Of a DNA stretch of 64,000 nucleotides, positions 61,161 through 64,000 are shown in pieces. Under the pieces are notes generated by a model. The model searched no databases. It was not told where the DNA came from and saw nothing but the letters and a program-made list of their open reading frames with translations. The DNA lies in the NCBI GenBank assembly GCA_977020255.1, contig CDROCS010004593.1, positions 62,001 to 126,000 of the forward strand. Reading direction: 5' to 3'. The position numbers were made by a program, and so were the translations under genes. This stretch comes from Obrimoposthia wandeli (Eukaryota). Positions within the stretch are counted from its first letter, which is position 1. Each line of letters begins with the position of its first letter.

Positions 61161-62132
61161 TAAAATCCACTCAAGTTCCAAAAAACCAGGAAATAATTGT
61201 CACCGCTTATCCATATTGAATCTGAATCTATCGGTATTATTGCCATTGCTTCATATTTTATTGCAGATTGATGCAGTCTTTTTATTAATACACCATTGAC
61301 AATTCCCAGTGAAGCAATTCTTTGTAGGCCAAACTAGAATACATATATTTTAACAATTTTTAATGAAATGATTTTCTTTTGCATTTTTTAAAAGAATTGA
61401 ACAATTAAGTTTGTACAATATAGTTATTTTAGAAACCTGAAACTCAGATTGTGTATTTGAACAAAACACATAAATCCTCTACAATGTAATGATGTGTTGG
61501 ATTAGATGCACATGGAGATTTCAGAGATATATCCGATACAATATTGGGCTGTTAGTATTTTTGGATTAATTTCGGAAGACTGAGTGACTGAGACTATATT
61601 TAAAGTTGGTCAAAAATAGTTAAATGAGTGACAGTGAAATCAGTCATCAATAAAAAATTTCCTGATAACAGACTTCCTTACCAAATCATATCACTCAGTT
61701 CAAAGTTTACCAGTCGTGGTTCATTCCCATCACCAATTCTGCTTATCAAAATTAATCCACTAGGCATTCGTATTTAATCGTGTGACTTCAATCAAGAAAT
61801 CTACATCGTACCCATTTAAAGTTTGAGAATACGTTGAGGACATTGCATCCCCGGTACTTCTAATCATTGGCTTTACCAGATACAACAACACTTCATCACT
61901 TTAGAAATATATAGGTATATGATGAAATTGACTTTGTATTGCTATTAATTGCTTTGATAAAATTTCATAGTTTGTGCCATTAACCATTCAAAAACAAACG
62001 AAAATATATTCGTGTATCATCTGCATTTAGTATACACATTCAAAGAGCACTATTTTATCAGCAGTAAAATATCTTAAAGCCTCTTTGAGGCAAACTGCAC
62101 AATTTATTTTCATTCATTTATAATACTTGCAG

Positions 62133-62285
62133 ATGTCATAACAATGGTCGCAACAAACACAACAACTACGAAGTGGTCACTGGCGACTTCCACAAATGCC
62201 AACACTACCGCCAAAGAAGTATGGACAACAACTGATCAAAAGACAACATCGACCATCCCGCTACATTCAAGTTCCACAAAGTCAG
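62133..62285 (+). CDS. Second Thr/Ser-rich exon, probably the same mucin-like gene
   Basis: Acceptor tacttgcAG at 62132; starts in the same phase with a similar DVIT/DVVT; T-rich frame. Donor uncertain. Confidence 0.45.
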
Positions 62286-64000
62286 GCAATGATGTACAAT
62301 GTCTCTCCATTTTGTATCTGAACCTTTCTATAACTTGTCTCATCACAATTGCGAATTTTCTTCGTATATGAATCTTCATTCAATGTGATTTGATACATCA
62401 CTGACATAACTCAAAACTGATTATTGTCATTATGCACCAATTCAACATGGACAATTCACTGTAGGAAAATTCGTCATTTCAAATTCAGATAAATATTTTG
62501 GTATTATTTTTTTTAATATCTTATATTTACCAAAAAATGCCTATTTTTGAAGACAAATTATCATATGAAGAATTGTCCATGGTGAATTTACTTTGCTACT
62601 TATAATTGTTTGTTGAAAATACGGACAGTGTTATCCAGAAAAAACTTATAATTGATAATTACTCATTTTTATACAATTTCAAAATTCTGATATTTCTGTT
62701 ATCAAAAGATAATTCTTAATTAAATGTTACAAATACTATTGAAAATAATAAATATTGTCACTAAATTTCGCAATGAATGATAAAACCTTATTTCAAGAAT
62801 TTTATTTTGTACAAGTTACTTTTCTTTTTGGACTTAAATTACAATATATGTAAAACATTAAAAAAAATTCTTTATTCCTTTTAAATTTTGTTTAAATTTA
62901 ATTTTTACATTGCAAGAATATTTTTATCATAATTATTTTATATTTATATATATATATATAACAATTATAATATATTCTAAATTATTATTTGGGTACACTT
63001 TAATCATCATGAGAAACAATCAACTCATTAGTCTTCCATCAAGCAATAAAATTTATTTTAAAACAACTCCAATTCTTTTTTTTTTTAATGAGTGAGCAAA
63101 ATTGGCCCTCATTTGTTACATTAAAACTGATAAAAATGTGATTAATCAAGTATCATTAAAAACATTTGAAACATATTAGATATAGAACAGTTCAGGTTAA
63201 TGATAAATACTTATTACAAGTTCAGATTAAAGTTTTTGAGGCCTGAATACGACCACAAAGAATAAATTAATATAATTTACAACCGTAAAAAGAATTTAAA
63301 AATAAAATAAATAAAGAATATCAAGAAAATATAGTAAAGGTAATAAATGTCTTAGATCACAATTATTTTCACATGTCTCGTGTTTTTAAAGAAAATTATC
63401 TCCTTTATTATTATGAAAATTGTTTATGTGAAATAGTGGAAGAGATGTTTTGGTGTTATCCTAAATAATTTTATAAAAATTCTAACAATTATTTTCTTAA
63501 TAATAATAAATATTATATACCCGTTTATAAAGTTAACGAATTTGAAGGATATAAATACGAAACATTAAAATGAATATGAGAATACTCTTGACTAATATCA
63601 TAGAACTTAAGATAATGAATATTAACCGTATGTATTTAATGAATATGAATCTTATAAAGTAAATAAGCAAACCGACAAAGGCAGCAATGGCTATGTATAT
63701 GAAGTAGAGTTAATATGTCATAAGGATACATCTGAAGATGGTAACATGATCCATCTTGTCCCGAAGAAGTTAAACCCATTGAAAATGAATTCACAGATTA
63801 TCAATATAAAAATAAAGGTTTGAATTAAAACCACAAAAATAGAAAGTTAAACAAATATAAAAAATAAAATTATATAATTGAAGGAAGAATGTTAGATTGG
63901 TATTTAGAACGGAATGATATTTTAAAGACTCGAAGAAAATTAGATAGCAAAAATCTAAATGGTAAAACACGAGTACGAATTTTAATATTTTTGAAAGAAC

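Noticed and set aside
60443-61181. Long minus-strand ORFs (VLVIARVEVTGG and CYSSCGGHWW repeats)
   Set aside because: Open only because the 42-bp repeat lacks stops; the plus-strand Thr/Pro frame has a proper splice acceptor and a matching second exon.
61200-61900. Possible C-type-lectin-like remnants
   Set aside because: Scattered W/C patterns appear on both strands with multiple stops; not distinguishable from chance.

Overview
AT-rich eukaryotic genomic window, almost entirely mobile DNA, with one assembly gap (46343-46599). No rRNA, tRNA or CRISPR array is supportable. The left 16 kb is decayed transposons (Ty3/Gypsy with 3' LTR, mariner, hAT, pogo/Tigger, L2/CR1 LINE). The core is a three-member Polinton/Maverick-type system. 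(1) A ~15.4-kb partly pseudogenised Polinton-like virus element (~31.5-46.9 kb) has protein-primed PolB, adenain-like protease, major and minor capsid, integrase and packaging ATPase, plus an unusual accessory set: a compact two-repeat TBP-like gene, a spliced disordered protein with SIM-like, acidic and AT-hook-like motifs, a tandem pair of unknown paralogues and a DEDD-like ORF. Several of its genes carry 38-75-nt GT-AG introns. (2) A 12,009-bp non-coding foldback element (16820-28828) has ~4.8-kb inverted arms, AGTAG...CTACT ends and a 6-bp TSD (TTGGAC). (3) A 1.55-kb deleted relative (47965-49516) appears inserted in an exon-like sequence. All three share the terminal motif AGTAGGT-N10-RGTCTA-N2-CCAC, suggesting an autonomous/non-autonomous pair system. 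The right end has more TE relics and a Thr/Pro-rich mucin-like repeat exon. All family calls are from motif recognition by eye; no database search was run.
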